Assembly: GCA_033763255.1 (NCBI GenBank)
Contig: JANRKX010000046.1
Location: 166,471-230,470 of the forward strand
Source: Acidobacteriota bacterium
GTDB taxonomy: Bacteria; Acidobacteriota; Blastocatellia; RBC074
Direction of reading: 5' to 3'
DNA: 64,000 nt
The notes below the pieces were generated by a model that was not told the origin of the DNA, searched no databases, and saw nothing but the letters and a program-made list of their open reading frames with translations. Shown piece after piece: positions 9,211-19,399 of this stretch (position 1 is the stretch's first letter; each line of letters opens with the position of its first letter). A program made the translations under genes and the position numbers.

Positions 9211-11847
9211 TCAAAACGGCGGTTCTTCGCGCATCTGATCCAGGCGTTCGACAAAATCCGATTTGACCAAAACTTGACGCGGCTTGGTTCCGTCTTCGGG
9301 ACCGACAACGCCTTCGCGCTCCATCGCGTCAATGATCGAAGCCGCCCGGCCATAACCGATTCGCAAATGCCGTTGCAGCAAAGAAGTCGAAGCTTTCTGG
9401 CTTTTGACCACGATTCGCACAGCGTCGTCATATTTTTCGTCTTTGGGGAAATCGCCGCCGTCTCCGCCGCCAGCTTCTTTTTCGCTCAAGACAACGCTTT
9501 CGTTGTAAGCCGGATTGGCTTGGGAGCGAATGAAATCGCAAATGCGTTTGCATTCTTTTTCGTCCACATAAGCGCCGTGAACGCGCACCAGCCGCGAAGT
9601 CCCAGGCCCCAGAAACAGCATATCGCCCTGTCCCAGCAAACCTTCGGCTCCGTTGGTGTCAATGATCGTGCGCGAATCCACTTTGGACGACACGCGGAAC
9701 GAGATGCGCGACGGGAAGTTGGCCTTAATCAGTCCGGTGATGACATCCACCGAAGGCCGCTGCGTCGCCAGCACCAGATGAATTCCCACCGCGCGAGCCA
9801 TCTGCGCCAATCGCGTAATGCTTTCTTCGACTTCACGCGCGGCCACCATCATCAGGTCGGCCAGTTCGTCAATGATGATGACGATGAACGGCAACGGTTG
9901 AGGCATTTCCTCTTCGTCACCTTTCGGCTTCATGTTTGAAACTTCCTGGTTGTACTGTTCGATGTTGCGGACACTGAATTGAGCCAGATGTTTGTACCGG
10001 TTTTCCATCTCGGTTACAGCCCATTTCAGCGCGTACCCGGCGCGTTTCGGGTCGGTGACAATCGGCGTCAGCAAATGCGGCAAATCGGCATAAAGCCCCA
10101 GTTCCAATCGTTTCGGGTCAACCAGAATCAGCTTCACTTCGTCCGGCGTAGCCTTGTAAAGCAGCGACAGCAAGATCGAATTCAACGCAACGGATTTACC
10201 AGCGCCGGTCGCGCCCGCAATCAGCAGGTGAGGCATCTTGGCCAGATCGGCAGAATAATTTGCGCCGTCAATGGTTTTGCCCAGCGCCAATGAAAGCTTC
10301 GATTCCGAATCGCGGAATTTTTTCGATTCGATGACTTCGCGCAACCGAATGACTTCGCGTTTATCGTTGGGGACTTCGATGCCTACTGTGGATTTGCCCG
10401 GAATGCGATCAATGCGAATGGATTCGGCTTTCAAGCCAAGACACAAATCATCCACCAGACTGGTGATGCGGCTGTATTTGACGCCGGGATCGGGTTTGAA
10501 TTCAAAGGTCGTGACAACCGGGCCGGGACTGATTTGTTTTACCTGTCCTGACACATTGAATTCCTGACATTTTTCGGCCAATTGCCGGGCGCGTTCCAAC
10601 AAATCGGTTTCAGCCATTTCTGGACGCGCCGCCGGAGCCGTCAACATATCTGTCGTCGGCAATTTGTAATCCGCCATCATGCGAGCGATTTTGGTCACCG
10701 CTTCGCCGAGTTTGGACGTAGGTTTGACCGACGATTTGTCTTCGGATTCATTGGCGCGTTTGACTGAAGCCGTCGAAACCATGTCCTCCACAGTGCGAAC
10801 GGCTCCAGGAGCCAGATCGTCAAATTCGTCTGTCGAATCTTCATTGTCGAACTCATCGTCCAATTCTGATTTTGCCGAACGCCGAGTCGTTCCGTTGCCG
10901 GTGCTTGTTTTCAAACTGGCGGTTGCCCGTCGTGACGAACGAAGCGAACCCGAAGCGGCTTGAGTTTCTTCGTCAAACCCCGTGCTGCCTTCGATTTCAA
11001 CTGAACCGTAACCAGTGATTTCATCGTTTTGCTCCACAGGCAATCCGGTTCTTTGTCGGCGATTGGGGCTGGGAGGTTTTCGCCCAGGTTTGGTCGTGGG
11101 TTCTTCGTTTCCGTTGGTCACGATCACCGGAGCAGCCAACGGGCCTGTTGGCAACTTTCCGGTGTTGGTGGTGCGCTGAATTGCGCTTTCGCTGACTTTG
11201 TCTTTGTGAAAGCGTTCGGTCTTTTCAACATACCGTTCTCGCCATTTTCCCTGCACCCATTGAATCAGAGCCTTCGGCAAACCTTCGTCGGGATATTCGT
11301 TGGACAAAGTGTTCAACAACGCAGTCACCGACAGCGGAGTCGCCAGCAGCAATCCGGTAATCAACAACAGCACCAGCGCAACAAAAGCTCCGCCGATGCC
11401 GATGTACCGCGAAATGCCAATCGTCGAATCCTTTACCAGCCAGTAGCCAATAAATCCGCCCAGCCGAAACGAATTCGGCTCCCAGGGAATCAAGGTCAAA
11501 AATCCGGTCAACGCGATAATTAACAAAAAGACACCCACCAGTTCAGCTTTGCTGGTGTCTTTGCGAATGTCTTTCCACTGCCACCATCCCATCACAAACA
11601 GCACGCCGGGCAGCAACCAGCCCGCGATGCCGAGCGCCTGATAGATGAAACTGGCGATGTTGGCTCCAATCGGCCCGGCCAGATTTTTGGCGCGCCGGTA
11701 CGCACCTGTCGAAGTCCACGACGGATCGTCCGCGTGATAACTGATCAGCGCCAACACAAAGACGAATCCGGTGGAAATCAGGATCAAGCCCATCACTTCA
11801 TTCCACGGGCTGTTTCTGGGAGGTTTTTCTGGGGTCTGAACTTCCAT
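9211..11847 (-). CDS. ftsK: DNA translocase FtsK
   Basis: 4 N-terminal TM helices, a long low-complexity linker, the FtsK/SpoIIIE motor with Walker A GATGAGKSV, and a C-terminal gamma (winged-helix) domain. Confidence 0.9.
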   Translation of the reverse strand: MEVQTPEKPPRNSPWNEVMGLILISTGFVFVLALISYHADDPSWTSTGAYRRAKNLAGPIGANIASFIYQALGIAGWLLPGVLFVMGWWQWKDIRKDTSKAELVGVFLLIIALTGFLTLIPWEPNSFRLGGFIGYWLVKDSTIGISRYIGIGGAFVALVLLLITGLLLATPLSVTALLNTLSNEYPDEGLPKALIQWVQGKWRERYVEKTERFHKDKVSESAIQRTTNTGKLPTGPLAAPVIVTNGNEEPTTKPGRKPPSPNRRQRTGLPVEQNDEITGYGSVEIEGSTGFDEETQAASGSLRSSRRATASLKTSTGNGTTRRSAKSELDDEFDNEDSTDEFDDLAPGAVRTVEDMVSTASVKRANESEDKSSVKPTSKLGEAVTKIARMMADYKLPTTDMLTAPAARPEMAETDLLERARQLAEKCQEFNVSGQVKQISPGPVVTTFEFKPDPGVKYSRITSLVDDLCLGLKAESIRIDRIPGKSTVGIEVPNDKREVIRLREVIESKKFRDSESKLSLALGKTIDGANYSADLAKMPHLLIAGATGAGKSVALNSILLSLLYKATPDEVKLILVDPKRLELGLYADLPHLLTPIVTDPKRAGYALKWAVTEMENRYKHLAQFSVRNIEQYNQEVSNMKPKGDEEEMPQPLPFIVIIIDELADLMMVAAREVEESITRLAQMARAVGIHLVLATQRPSVDVITGLIKANFPSRISFRVSSKVDSRTIIDTNGAEGLLGQGDMLFLGPGTSRLVRVHGAYVDEKECKRICDFIRSQANPAYNESVVLSEKEAGGGDGGDFPKDEKYDDAVRIVVKSQKASTSLLQRHLRIGYGRAASIIDAMEREGVVGPEDGTKPRQVLVKSDFVERLDQMREEPPF

Positions 11848-11908
11848 AATTTTTGGGAGTAGTCGGGAATCGGTAGTCGGTAGTCGGTAGCTAATTTCCG
11901 ACTCCCGA

Positions 11909-13028
11909 CTACTGACTACCGTCTACTCGCTTCGATAACAAATACTCTTTGATGAAATCGTCCAGGTCTCCGGCCAATACGGCATCAACGTTGCTGGTTT
12001 CATGCTTGGTGCGAACGTCTTTGACCAACCGATACGGATGCAACACGTAATTCCGAATCTGCGAACCGAAAGAAATATCGCGTTTGGTTGCGGCCAGCTT
12101 GTTGGTTTCGGCCTGTTTCTTTTCCAGTTCCAATTCGAACAGGCGCGATTTCAACACCTTCATGGCCACGTCGCGGTTTTGATGTTGCGAGCGTTGGTTT
12201 TGGCAAGTCACCACAATGTTCGTCGGCAAGTGCGTGATGCGTACCGCCGAATCGGTAGTGTTGATGTGCTGGCCACCGGCTCCGGTCGAACGGTAAGTAT
12301 CCACGCGAAGGTCTTTGTCCAGAATTTCGATTTCGATGTTGTCGTCAATTTCCGGCGTCACAAAGACCGAAGCGAAACTGGTTTCGCGGCTCTGCCCGGC
12401 GTTGAACGGCGACATGCGAACCAGCCTGTGAACGCCGACTTCGCCGGCCAGCAAACCATAAGCGTAATCGCCTTCGATGCGATAGCTGGCCGATTTGATC
12501 CCTGCTTCTTCGCCGGGTTGCAGATCAATTTCTTCGGCTTTGAAGCCGCGTTTTTGTGCCCAGCGCAGATACATCCGCAACAGCATTTCGGCAAAATCCT
12601 GCGCGTCGGTTCCGCCCGCGCCGGAGTTGATCGAAAGAAAAGCGTTGTTGGCGTCATTCTGTCCGCCCAGCAACATTTGCGTTTCGCTTTCTTCGACATC
12701 GTTGGCTAATTTGCTGATGGCTTCGCGCAATTCGTTGGCCGACGCTTCGTCTTCGGCGGCGAAATCGAACAGCACGGCAATGTCATCCACGGCGCGTTGC
12801 TGATTTTCGGCAGTGTTGATGGCGCGTTCCAGCCGCGAACGCTGTTGCAAAACTTTTTGAGCTTTTTCCTGATCGTTCCAAAAATCCGGCTCTGAGGCTT
12901 GTTTTTCCAGAGCGGTTAATTCCTGGCGTTTGGCTTCAACGTCAAAGAAACCTCCGAAGCTCGGCGACTCGTGGTTTCAGGTCGTCATATTTTCCGCGCA
13001 AATCCTGCAGCGCAATTGCGTCCAGCAT
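11909..13028 (-). CDS. prfB: Peptide chain release factor 2, expressed via programmed +1 ribosomal frameshift
   Basis: The ORF 11909-12850 carries the SPF and GGQ motifs. An upstream 28-codon ORF (MLDAIALQDLRGKYDDLKPRVAELRRFL) ends in CTT TGA C with GGAGG 3 nt upstream. The +1 frame then continues DVEAKRQELTALEKQ into the main ORF. Confidence 0.9.
12941..12955 (-). promoter_or_regulatory. RF2 autoregulatory +1 frameshift site (SD-like GGAGG, slippery CUU UGA C)
   Basis: On the minus strand: GGAGG-TTT-CTT-TGA-C, canonical for bacterial prfB. Confidence 0.85.
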
Positions 13029-13113
13029 TTCGTTTTTTGCTCCTTAAATTTGTTGGTTTGAGTCGCGCAGCTTACCACAAAGTTTAGCCACAACACGCCG
13101 ATGGATTGAAGAG

Positions 13114-13587
13114 TTAAGCCGCCAGTTGATGGAATTGAGGTTCGATCTGAGCCAAAACTTCTTTCGCGTCTGACAACGGAATGTTGAAGATTTGGCGTAA
13201 AGCCATGATTCCTTCCAAACGACTAAACCCGTCTTTCCGTACAGCAGAATAAACTTCCTGTGGGGTCGCGCCTGTCCCTTTCATGACCTCGTATTTGCTG
13301 AACCAGTCAGGGTTCGGTTCAAAGCAAACTCTTTCGCCTGGTTCTCTGGTCGCATCTGATAGTTTTTGCTTTAGCAACTGATACTCCTGCTTCAATGCGA
13401 GAATTTCCGAAGCCATTTGCTGATGAAAGGACATTGCTTGAGCAACCTGCCCAACAAGTTCAGGCGAGCTGTTTACTGCCTCAGATTCCTGAATTTGTTT
13501 CAGTAACTTTCCCAAACTTTCATAACTAACTGTCAGCATAGTGTCATGCATAGACTCTCTCCCTTCTGCGAATTCACGTTGGCTCAA
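13114..13587 (-). CDS. Hypothetical protein (low-GC islet gene 2)
   Basis: 157 aa, no recognised motifs. Its start overlaps the upstream gene by 4 bp (ATGA), and local GC is visibly lower than the flanks. Confidence 0.45.
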   Translation of the reverse strand: MSQREFAEGRESMHDTMLTVSYESLGKLLKQIQESEAVNSSPELVGQVAQAMSFHQQMASEILALKQEYQLLKQKLSDATREPGERVCFEPNPDWFSKYEVMKGTGATPQEVYSAVRKDGFSRLEGIMALRQIFNIPLSDAKEVLAQIEPQFHQLAA

Positions 13588-14054
13588 TGATTGAATTTCT
13601 CAAAAGCCGATTCGTACATTCTCAAGTATCTAACGGCGATTCGCTCAACATAATCTTCTTCAGTTGCAATTTGCGGATCAGTCACAAAGTTTAACGCGCG
13701 TTGACTACCTTCTCTCGCCTTTCGTATCAACCGCAGATGCATTTCTTCGTGAACCAGAGTTTTGAACAATTCGGAATCCCGAACGAGCGCCGCTTCTCCA
13801 ATTTTGATGGCTTCACGGCCAGGAGAAATTACCGCGCTGCCGGATGCTGACAAAAACGAGTCGAATTTAATCGGTGCGGAAAATCTCAATCGTCCATTTA
13901 GCGAGGCGACGAACCGAGTAACGAAAGCCTGCGGTTGCTGAAATCGCTCGGCGTACCCCAACGCTTCTTCGAACGTCTCGAACGTTGGCGGTGAGATTTC
14001 AACATCACGCAACACCTTCACCATGTTTCTTCTCCGTTTTGTTGACCAATTCAA
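13584..14054 (-). CDS. Hypothetical protein with HExxH (zincin-like, SprT/WLM-like) motif
   Basis: 156 aa with the motif [15 protein letters not shown]. Its 3' end overlaps the next gene by 4 bp, and GC is low (~42-45%). Confidence 0.45.
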   Translation of the reverse strand: MNWSTKRRRNMVKVLRDVEISPPTFETFEEALGYAERFQQPQAFVTRFVASLNGRLRFSAPIKFDSFLSASGSAVISPGREAIKIGEAALVRDSELFKTLVHEEMHLRLIRKAREGSQRALNFVTDPQIATEEDYVERIAVRYLRMYESAFEKFNH

Positions 14055-15649
14055 TAAGCGGCTTCGGTGTATTCGCCAAACACCGCGCGCATTGTATCCG
14101 CAATTTCGCCCAGCGTCGCGTAAGCTTCGACGGCGGCGATGATCGTAGGCATGAGGTTTTCGCCGGAACGCGCGGCGGCTTCCACGTTGCCCAATGCAGC
14201 CAAAGCCGCCGCTGCATTTCGTTCGGTGCGAACCTTTCGCACGCGCTCGACCTGAGCCAGTTCAAACGCCGGATCAATTTTCAGCGTCGGAATCGAAGTG
14301 GCTTCCTTGATCTGGAATCGGTTCACGCCGACGACGATTTCTTCCTGCGCCTCGACGGCTTTTTGGTAGTCATACGCTGCTCGCTCGATTTCGCGCTGAA
14401 CATAGCCGGCTTCGATGGCCGAAAGCATTCCGCCCATCTCGTCAATCTTGGCGATGTACTCAAACGCTCGGCGTTCGATTTCGTTGGTCAGATGTTCAAT
14501 CGCGTAAGAACCGGCGAGCGGGTCAGCCGTGTCGGCAACGCCCGATTCGTAAGCGATGACTTGCTGAGTTCTGAGAGCAATGCGCGCGGCGTCGGCGGTC
14601 GGCAAACCCAGAGCTTCGTCCATCGAATTGGTGTGCAGCGATTGAGTTCCGCCCAGCACAGCGGCCAACGCCTGAATCGTCGTGCGAACGATGTTCACTT
14701 CGGGTTGTTGAGCGGTCAGCGTCGAACCGGCGGTTTGCGTGTGAAAACGCAGCATCTGCGATTTCGGATCACGCGCGCCGAAGCGGTCTTTCATGATCTT
14801 CGCCCACATTCGCCGAGCCGCGCGGTACTTGGCGACTTCTTCCAGAAAGTTGTTGTGGCTGTTGAAAAAGAACGCCAGGCGCGGCGCGAAGTAATCCACA
14901 GCCAGCCCGGCGTCAATCGCCGCTTGAACATACGCAATGCCGTCGGCCAGAGTGAAAGCGACTTCCTGCGCGGCGGTCGAACCGGCTTCGCGTATGTGGT
15001 AACCGCTGATCGAAATCGTGTTCCAGTTGGGAACCTCTTTTGCGCAATAAGCAAAAATATCCGTGATGATACGCAGCGAAGCGCGCGGCGGATAAATGTA
15101 AGTTCCACGCGCGATGTATTCTTTCAGAATGTCGTTTTGAATCGTGCCGTTGAGCTTGTCCGGCGTGACGCCCTGTTTTTTGGCGACGGCAATGTACAAA
15201 GCCAGCAAGATCGAAGCCGTCGCGTTGATCGTCATCGAAGTCGAAACTTTGTCCAGCGGAATGCCATCGAACAAAACTTCCATATCGGCAAGCGAATCAA
15301 TCGGAACGCCCACGCGACCGACTTCGCCCTGAGCCAATTGGTGATCGCTGTCGTAACCAATTTGGGTCGGCAGGTCGAAAGCGACAGACAAACCTGTAGT
15401 GCCCTGTTCCAGCAAGTATTTGTAACGGCGATTGGATTCTTCAGCCGTGGCGAATCCGGCGTACTGCCGCATCGTCCACATTCGCCCGCGATACATCGAA
15501 CCGTACACGCCGCGCGTGAATGGAAACTTGCCCGGTTCGGACAGGGCGGCAGCGCCAACGTCTTGCGGCGTGAAGTGGTTTTTCATCTCGATGCCGGATG
15601 AAGTGGCGAAAATTTCTTTGCGCTCTTTGGCTTTTTTTTCAGACGACAT
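14051..15649 (-). CDS. Methylmalonyl-CoA mutase family, catalytic (N-terminal TIM-barrel) subunit; no fused B12-binding domain
   Basis: Strong MCM catalytic-domain similarity throughout ([58 protein letters not shown]). The start is most likely MSSEKK at ~15649; the ORF track extends it to 15703. Confidence 0.85.
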   Translation of the reverse strand: MSSEKKAKERKEIFATSSGIEMKNHFTPQDVGAAALSEPGKFPFTRGVYGSMYRGRMWTMRQYAGFATAEESNRRYKYLLEQGTTGLSVAFDLPTQIGYDSDHQLAQGEVGRVGVPIDSLADMEVLFDGIPLDKVSTSMTINATASILLALYIAVAKKQGVTPDKLNGTIQNDILKEYIARGTYIYPPRASLRIITDIFAYCAKEVPNWNTISISGYHIREAGSTAAQEVAFTLADGIAYVQAAIDAGLAVDYFAPRLAFFFNSHNNFLEEVAKYRAARRMWAKIMKDRFGARDPKSQMLRFHTQTAGSTLTAQQPEVNIVRTTIQALAAVLGGTQSLHTNSMDEALGLPTADAARIALRTQQVIAYESGVADTADPLAGSYAIEHLTNEIERRAFEYIAKIDEMGGMLSAIEAGYVQREIERAAYDYQKAVEAQEEIVVGVNRFQIKEATSIPTLKIDPAFELAQVERVRKVRTERNAAAALAALGNVEAAARSGENLMPTIIAAVEAYATLGEIADTMRAVFGEYTEAAY

Positions 15650-15739
15650 AGAAAAAATGTAGGGTTGGTAAAAGAAGACAGCGGCAAATGGCGCAGGCCA
15701 CATACCGCTGTCGGTTTTCGCCAGCCAGCTTGCTGCGCG

Positions 15740-18043
15740 CTAGCGGATTCTGACGGTGACTTTGTTAGTCGTTTTGCCGTTGATCGAAACGACCACGTCA
15801 ACCAGCCCGGTAATGCCCGCCGGGATTTGCGTGTTGATTTGATCGAGTCCGGCAAAACCGCCTTGCGAGCCGATGTATTGCACAGGGGCTTCGCGCCCGC
15901 CGATGGTAATTCGCACCGTCACCGGAGCCGCTTTTTTCATGCCTGTGCCGAACAGCACCAGATAATCGCCGACATCCAACAGGTTTGATGTGCCGTCCGC
16001 ATTGCCGACCGAGTTGTAATTGACGCCGTCTTTCGTCACGACAGCCGCCGGAGCGCCAGTTCCAGAAGCGTTCGACGTGAACAAGCTGGCCGCGACGGTG
16101 GAAAGCTTCAACGTGCCGCGCGAAACCGCACCGCTGCCGGAGGTGATTTCAATCACGGCGTCACCGGGTGAAGCCGACGCCGGAATCAGGAAGTTCACTT
16201 GCGAAGGCGCGACGAAAAACAGCGGAGCCAATTCGCCGTTGACGCGGACTCTGGTGCCGGCCAGTTCCGTCGGCAACGGAACCGTGTTGGCGACGACGGT
16301 TGCGGTCGCCAGATTGGTTCCAAACACGGCGGAGATGGCTTCAGGAGCCAGCGCGTCAGCAGAAAAGTTCGCGGCAGAAACCACCGATGCTGCCAGCGCC
16401 GTTCCGCTGCGAGTGAATTTCACCGGCGACGAACGCACCCCGTCAGGATTGATGACGGTCACGTCAACTGCCTGTCCCGGCGGCGCGTAAACTTTCCACA
16501 TTTCGGATGAAAAGACTTTGGTCGAAAGCGTCGCCGCTTCATCAAGGGAATCTCGAATGCTGCGTCCGTTGATTTCGATGTCGGCGGCGGTTTGAAATCC
16601 TGACCCGGTCGCGGTCAGCACGCCGCCAGCGTCCACTTCCACGCCGGAAAGTTGCGGCGTCGAAGGCGTCACCGAAAACAGGTCGAGCGTGAAAGCAATA
16701 AAGGCCAGCGCCATTTCGTCTGTGGTTTCTTCGCCCCAGCGAACGACTTTCGGCGGGGTGTTCGGATTGAACGGATTGTCTGTGGAATTGTCGAACGTGC
16801 AGGTCAATTTTATGCGCGAACCGCCGGGAGCAATGACCGGCGATTGATACAAATACGCGCCTTGCCAATTGAAATCCCAAGCCGGAACGTTGATCAAACA
16901 TTGCGTCGCTTCGCCCGGACGAGTGATTTCCACTTTGATGTTTTTGCCCAGCAAATGCATGTGCGGGGTCACGCCAACAACTTTCCCCGCCATCAACGCG
17001 GGCACATCGAAGTTCTGCGTGACGACGTGTTCTTTGGCTCCGGCGGGAATGGCGAACGAAGTGTTGACCAACGGCAGCAGCAGCAGGTTTTTCTGGACGG
17101 GTTTTTTGGCGAAGTAAAAACCGACAGCAGTTCGGTCAGTTTCCGGTTCGCCGGTTGGGTGGTAGTGCATCTGAATGACTACGCGGTCGTTGGGGCCGCC
17201 GGGCATTTTCGTGCCCGCGCCTTCGGGAGAGAAGTAGCCGCGAATGCCGGGCGCCCAGCCGCCGAGCATAAACGACCGACCCGCGATGACATCATTCACC
17301 GAAGTCGAAATGTCGAATCCGGGGCCTCCGAAACAGGTGTAACCGGGGCCAGGTTCCGCCGCATCCAGCGCGACAGACTTTCCGCCCGGATCGGGATAAG
17401 CAATCACGTGATGCACGATTTTGCGATTGCCCGGACGCACATCCAGACCTTGAACATAGCGATCTCCGCGCAAGGCCGACGCCGGAATGCTGAAACAGCG
17501 ATAAGTGTCTTTGCCTTGAGGCGGTGTGTAATCCGCGCCGATGTCGGCAACGTAATCCGGTTCGCCCAGCGGCCAACCGTCAGGAAACGCGACCGGCGCA
17601 GGAGCATCGGACAACGCGCCTTCGGGCGAGCCGCCATCCACCCAGGCGACGATGGTGTTGATTTCCTCCTGCGACAATCCGCGCGCATCTTTCAAATCAA
17701 CGCATCCGGCAGCCGGTTTCCACGGAGGCATTCGTTTCGACAAAACGGCTTCGCGGATGGCTTTCGCCCACGGACGAGTTTCCGCATAACTCATCATCGA
17801 AAACGGCCCGATGTCTCCTGCGCGGTGACAGGTCTGGCAATTTTTCTGGAAGATGCGAACGACTTCTTTGTTGAAGGTCGGCGTCGGTTGAGCGCGCTTG
17901 GCCGTTTTCGTCGAAGCAGTGTCGGTTGAATCGTTCAAACCTGTGGTTGCGGCTTCGGTCGGTTGCCAGTGATACAGCGTCACGCTGGCGACGAACAGCG
18001 CCACAGCGAAGACCAACGAAGTGCGTTTGGCAATTTGCTTCAT
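15740..18043 (-). CDS. Secreted fusion protein: N-terminal cytochrome c (CxxCH) + PHM/DBH-like copper type II monooxygenase domain + Solibacter-type C-terminal domain (TIGR03437-like)
   Basis: Signal peptide, then [17 protein letters not shown] (heme c). Copper-site motifs follow: IVHHVIAYP (HH), HMHLLGK (HxH) and [12 protein letters not shown] (the TxDEM Met ligand motif of PHM/DBH). The C-terminus reads [20 protein letters not shown]...VTVRIR. Confidence 0.75.
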   Translation of the reverse strand: MKQIAKRTSLVFAVALFVASVTLYHWQPTEAATTGLNDSTDTASTKTAKRAQPTPTFNKEVVRIFQKNCQTCHRAGDIGPFSMMSYAETRPWAKAIREAVLSKRMPPWKPAAGCVDLKDARGLSQEEINTIVAWVDGGSPEGALSDAPAPVAFPDGWPLGEPDYVADIGADYTPPQGKDTYRCFSIPASALRGDRYVQGLDVRPGNRKIVHHVIAYPDPGGKSVALDAAEPGPGYTCFGGPGFDISTSVNDVIAGRSFMLGGWAPGIRGYFSPEGAGTKMPGGPNDRVVIQMHYHPTGEPETDRTAVGFYFAKKPVQKNLLLLPLVNTSFAIPAGAKEHVVTQNFDVPALMAGKVVGVTPHMHLLGKNIKVEITRPGEATQCLINVPAWDFNWQGAYLYQSPVIAPGGSRIKLTCTFDNSTDNPFNPNTPPKVVRWGEETTDEMALAFIAFTLDLFSVTPSTPQLSGVEVDAGGVLTATGSGFQTAADIEINGRSIRDSLDEAATLSTKVFSSEMWKVYAPPGQAVDVTVINPDGVRSSPVKFTRSGTALAASVVSAANFSADALAPEAISAVFGTNLATATVVANTVPLPTELAGTRVRVNGELAPLFFVAPSQVNFLIPASASPGDAVIEITSGSGAVSRGTLKLSTVAASLFTSNASGTGAPAAVVTKDGVNYNSVGNADGTSNLLDVGDYLVLFGTGMKKAAPVTVRITIGGREAPVQYIGSQGGFAGLDQINTQIPAGITGLVDVVVSINGKTTNKVTVRIR

Positions 18044-18114
18044 GATGCAGATTCCTCTGGGTTGAATGTAGTTCGCGCCTGATTGTCAGGAGGTGCGCGG
18101 CGGATTGTACACGT

Positions 18115-18213
18115 GGGTTCGCATCGCTTCCAGCGTGCGAAGGCTTGGCCATTCGTCTTTTTCTTTTCAATGCATGAACTGCCGAAGCTCGCACGCTGGA
18201 AGCGATGCGAACC
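18115..18213. repeat. Long perfect hairpin (26-27-bp arms gggttcgcatcgcttccagcgtgcga, ~46-nt loop) in an intra-operon spacer
   Basis: Left arm 18115-18141, right arm 18187-18213, exact reverse complements. It lies between the NYN gene stop and the monooxygenase gene start, both on the minus strand. Confidence 0.5.
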
Positions 18214-18218
18214 CGGAG

Positions 18219-18698
18219 TTATTCGTCGTCGGATTCGTCCACGCCGAAATAGCGCAACCATTCGTCGGTTTCTTCTTCGGCGACGATGCGGTCATTGCCG
18301 CTGGCGGTTTCGACTGCGTCTTCCATCATCTGGCGAAATTCGCCGGAACGCATGACTTTGACGCCGCAGACTCGTACGCGCGAAGTCAGCTTGCCGTCCG
18401 AAGTCACCACCGTCAGATTTTTCTTGTTGCGTTCGGCTTCGGCCAGTTCGACGATGCGCGTGTCGGCGTCGGAATTTTGTCGCGCGTAAAACACTTTCAC
18501 GCTGCGAAAGCTGGAACCATCGGGGAACGTTCCATCCGGCGCACCGTCAAACACGACCGTCAACCGCAGCTTTTTCACGCGCGCCAGCCGCGCCAAGTCT
18601 TCCAGCAGTTGCCGCCGAGCCGCCGGTTTATCGTTGAACCAACTCTCGTAGCCTTTGCCGCGCTGACCGATCACATTGTTGCCATCAATCAAATACAC
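18219..18698 (-). CDS. NYN/YacP-like PIN-fold predicted ribonuclease
   Basis: MYLIDGNNVIG...LTVVFDG...VFYAR...ADTRIVELA pattern. Confidence 0.7.
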   Translation of the reverse strand: MYLIDGNNVIGQRGKGYESWFNDKPAARRQLLEDLARLARVKKLRLTVVFDGAPDGTFPDGSSFRSVKVFYARQNSDADTRIVELAEAERNKKNLTVVTSDGKLTSRVRVCGVKVMRSGEFRQMMEDAVETASGNDRIVAEEETDEWLRYFGVDESDDE

Positions 18699-18713
18699 AT
18701 TACTGTGAGGAGG

Positions 18714-19130
18714 TTAGAGTTTTGTGCGGATTTCAATTTCTTTGCGCGAGCGATGGAGACAAACATCAAATTCGTCAAAGAAGTTGATTTGCCCGAAGAT
18801 GGGCTGAACGGAATCGTTCTGTGTCCAGGCAAAAACCAACTCTACAGCAGGAAGCCGTCCAACTTGTGCGTGAACAACAAACGGCATTGCAGGTGATGCT
18901 GCCAAATTACCGGTTAATCTGAGTTTGGCTTTTTCTCGTTTCCAAACTCCACCCAAAGCGAGGCCAAGGCTAAAAGGCAAAACGTTTATCGCTGAGCCTG
19001 AGTCCAGCAAGCCGAGAACTTCCAACTCGTGTTGATCAGCGATTAACCTGACGGGTAATAACGGCATGAGAATTTCTGTTCCGAAGTTGGACGGAACGCC
19101 TTTGAAATCAAATCGCTCGACTGATTGCAT
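18714..19130 (-). CDS. Retropepsin-like (clan AA) aspartic protease domain protein
   Basis: 138 aa with the DSG active-site motif LLDSGSAINVLP. Confidence 0.65.
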   Translation of the reverse strand: MQSVERFDFKGVPSNFGTEILMPLLPVRLIADQHELEVLGLLDSGSAINVLPFSLGLALGGVWKREKAKLRLTGNLAASPAMPFVVHAQVGRLPAVELVFAWTQNDSVQPIFGQINFFDEFDVCLHRSRKEIEIRTKL

Positions 19131-19386
19131 TCTCTCGCCTCGTTTCTTCCAAAAACGCCATCATTTCCTCTGCCGCGTCATACGATTCCAGCGGCGTCCA
19201 AACAGGGTAATCTCCCGGCAGCAAATGCAATTTTTCTTCTTCTCCCGCCAGATCAGAAACAAGAACTTGCATCAAGCGCCATTTGTCGGCACGGTTCAGT
19301 CCTTTCAGCGTCGGTATAAGCTGCTCAACAATCATCGTATTGCCTCCTTTAAGCTTGTTTGCCTTGAACGCGACAAATCTTAACAC
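19108..19386 (-). CDS. Small hypothetical protein, first gene of the small-ORF/retropepsin/NYN operon
   Basis: 92 aa and acidic. It overlaps the retropepsin start by ~23 nt. Confidence 0.4.
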   Translation of the reverse strand: MLRFVAFKANKLKGGNTMIVEQLIPTLKGLNRADKWRLMQVLVSDLAGEEEKLHLLPGDYPVWTPLESYDAAEEMMAFLEETRRENAISRAI

Positions 19387-19399
19387 AGCCGATCAGCCG

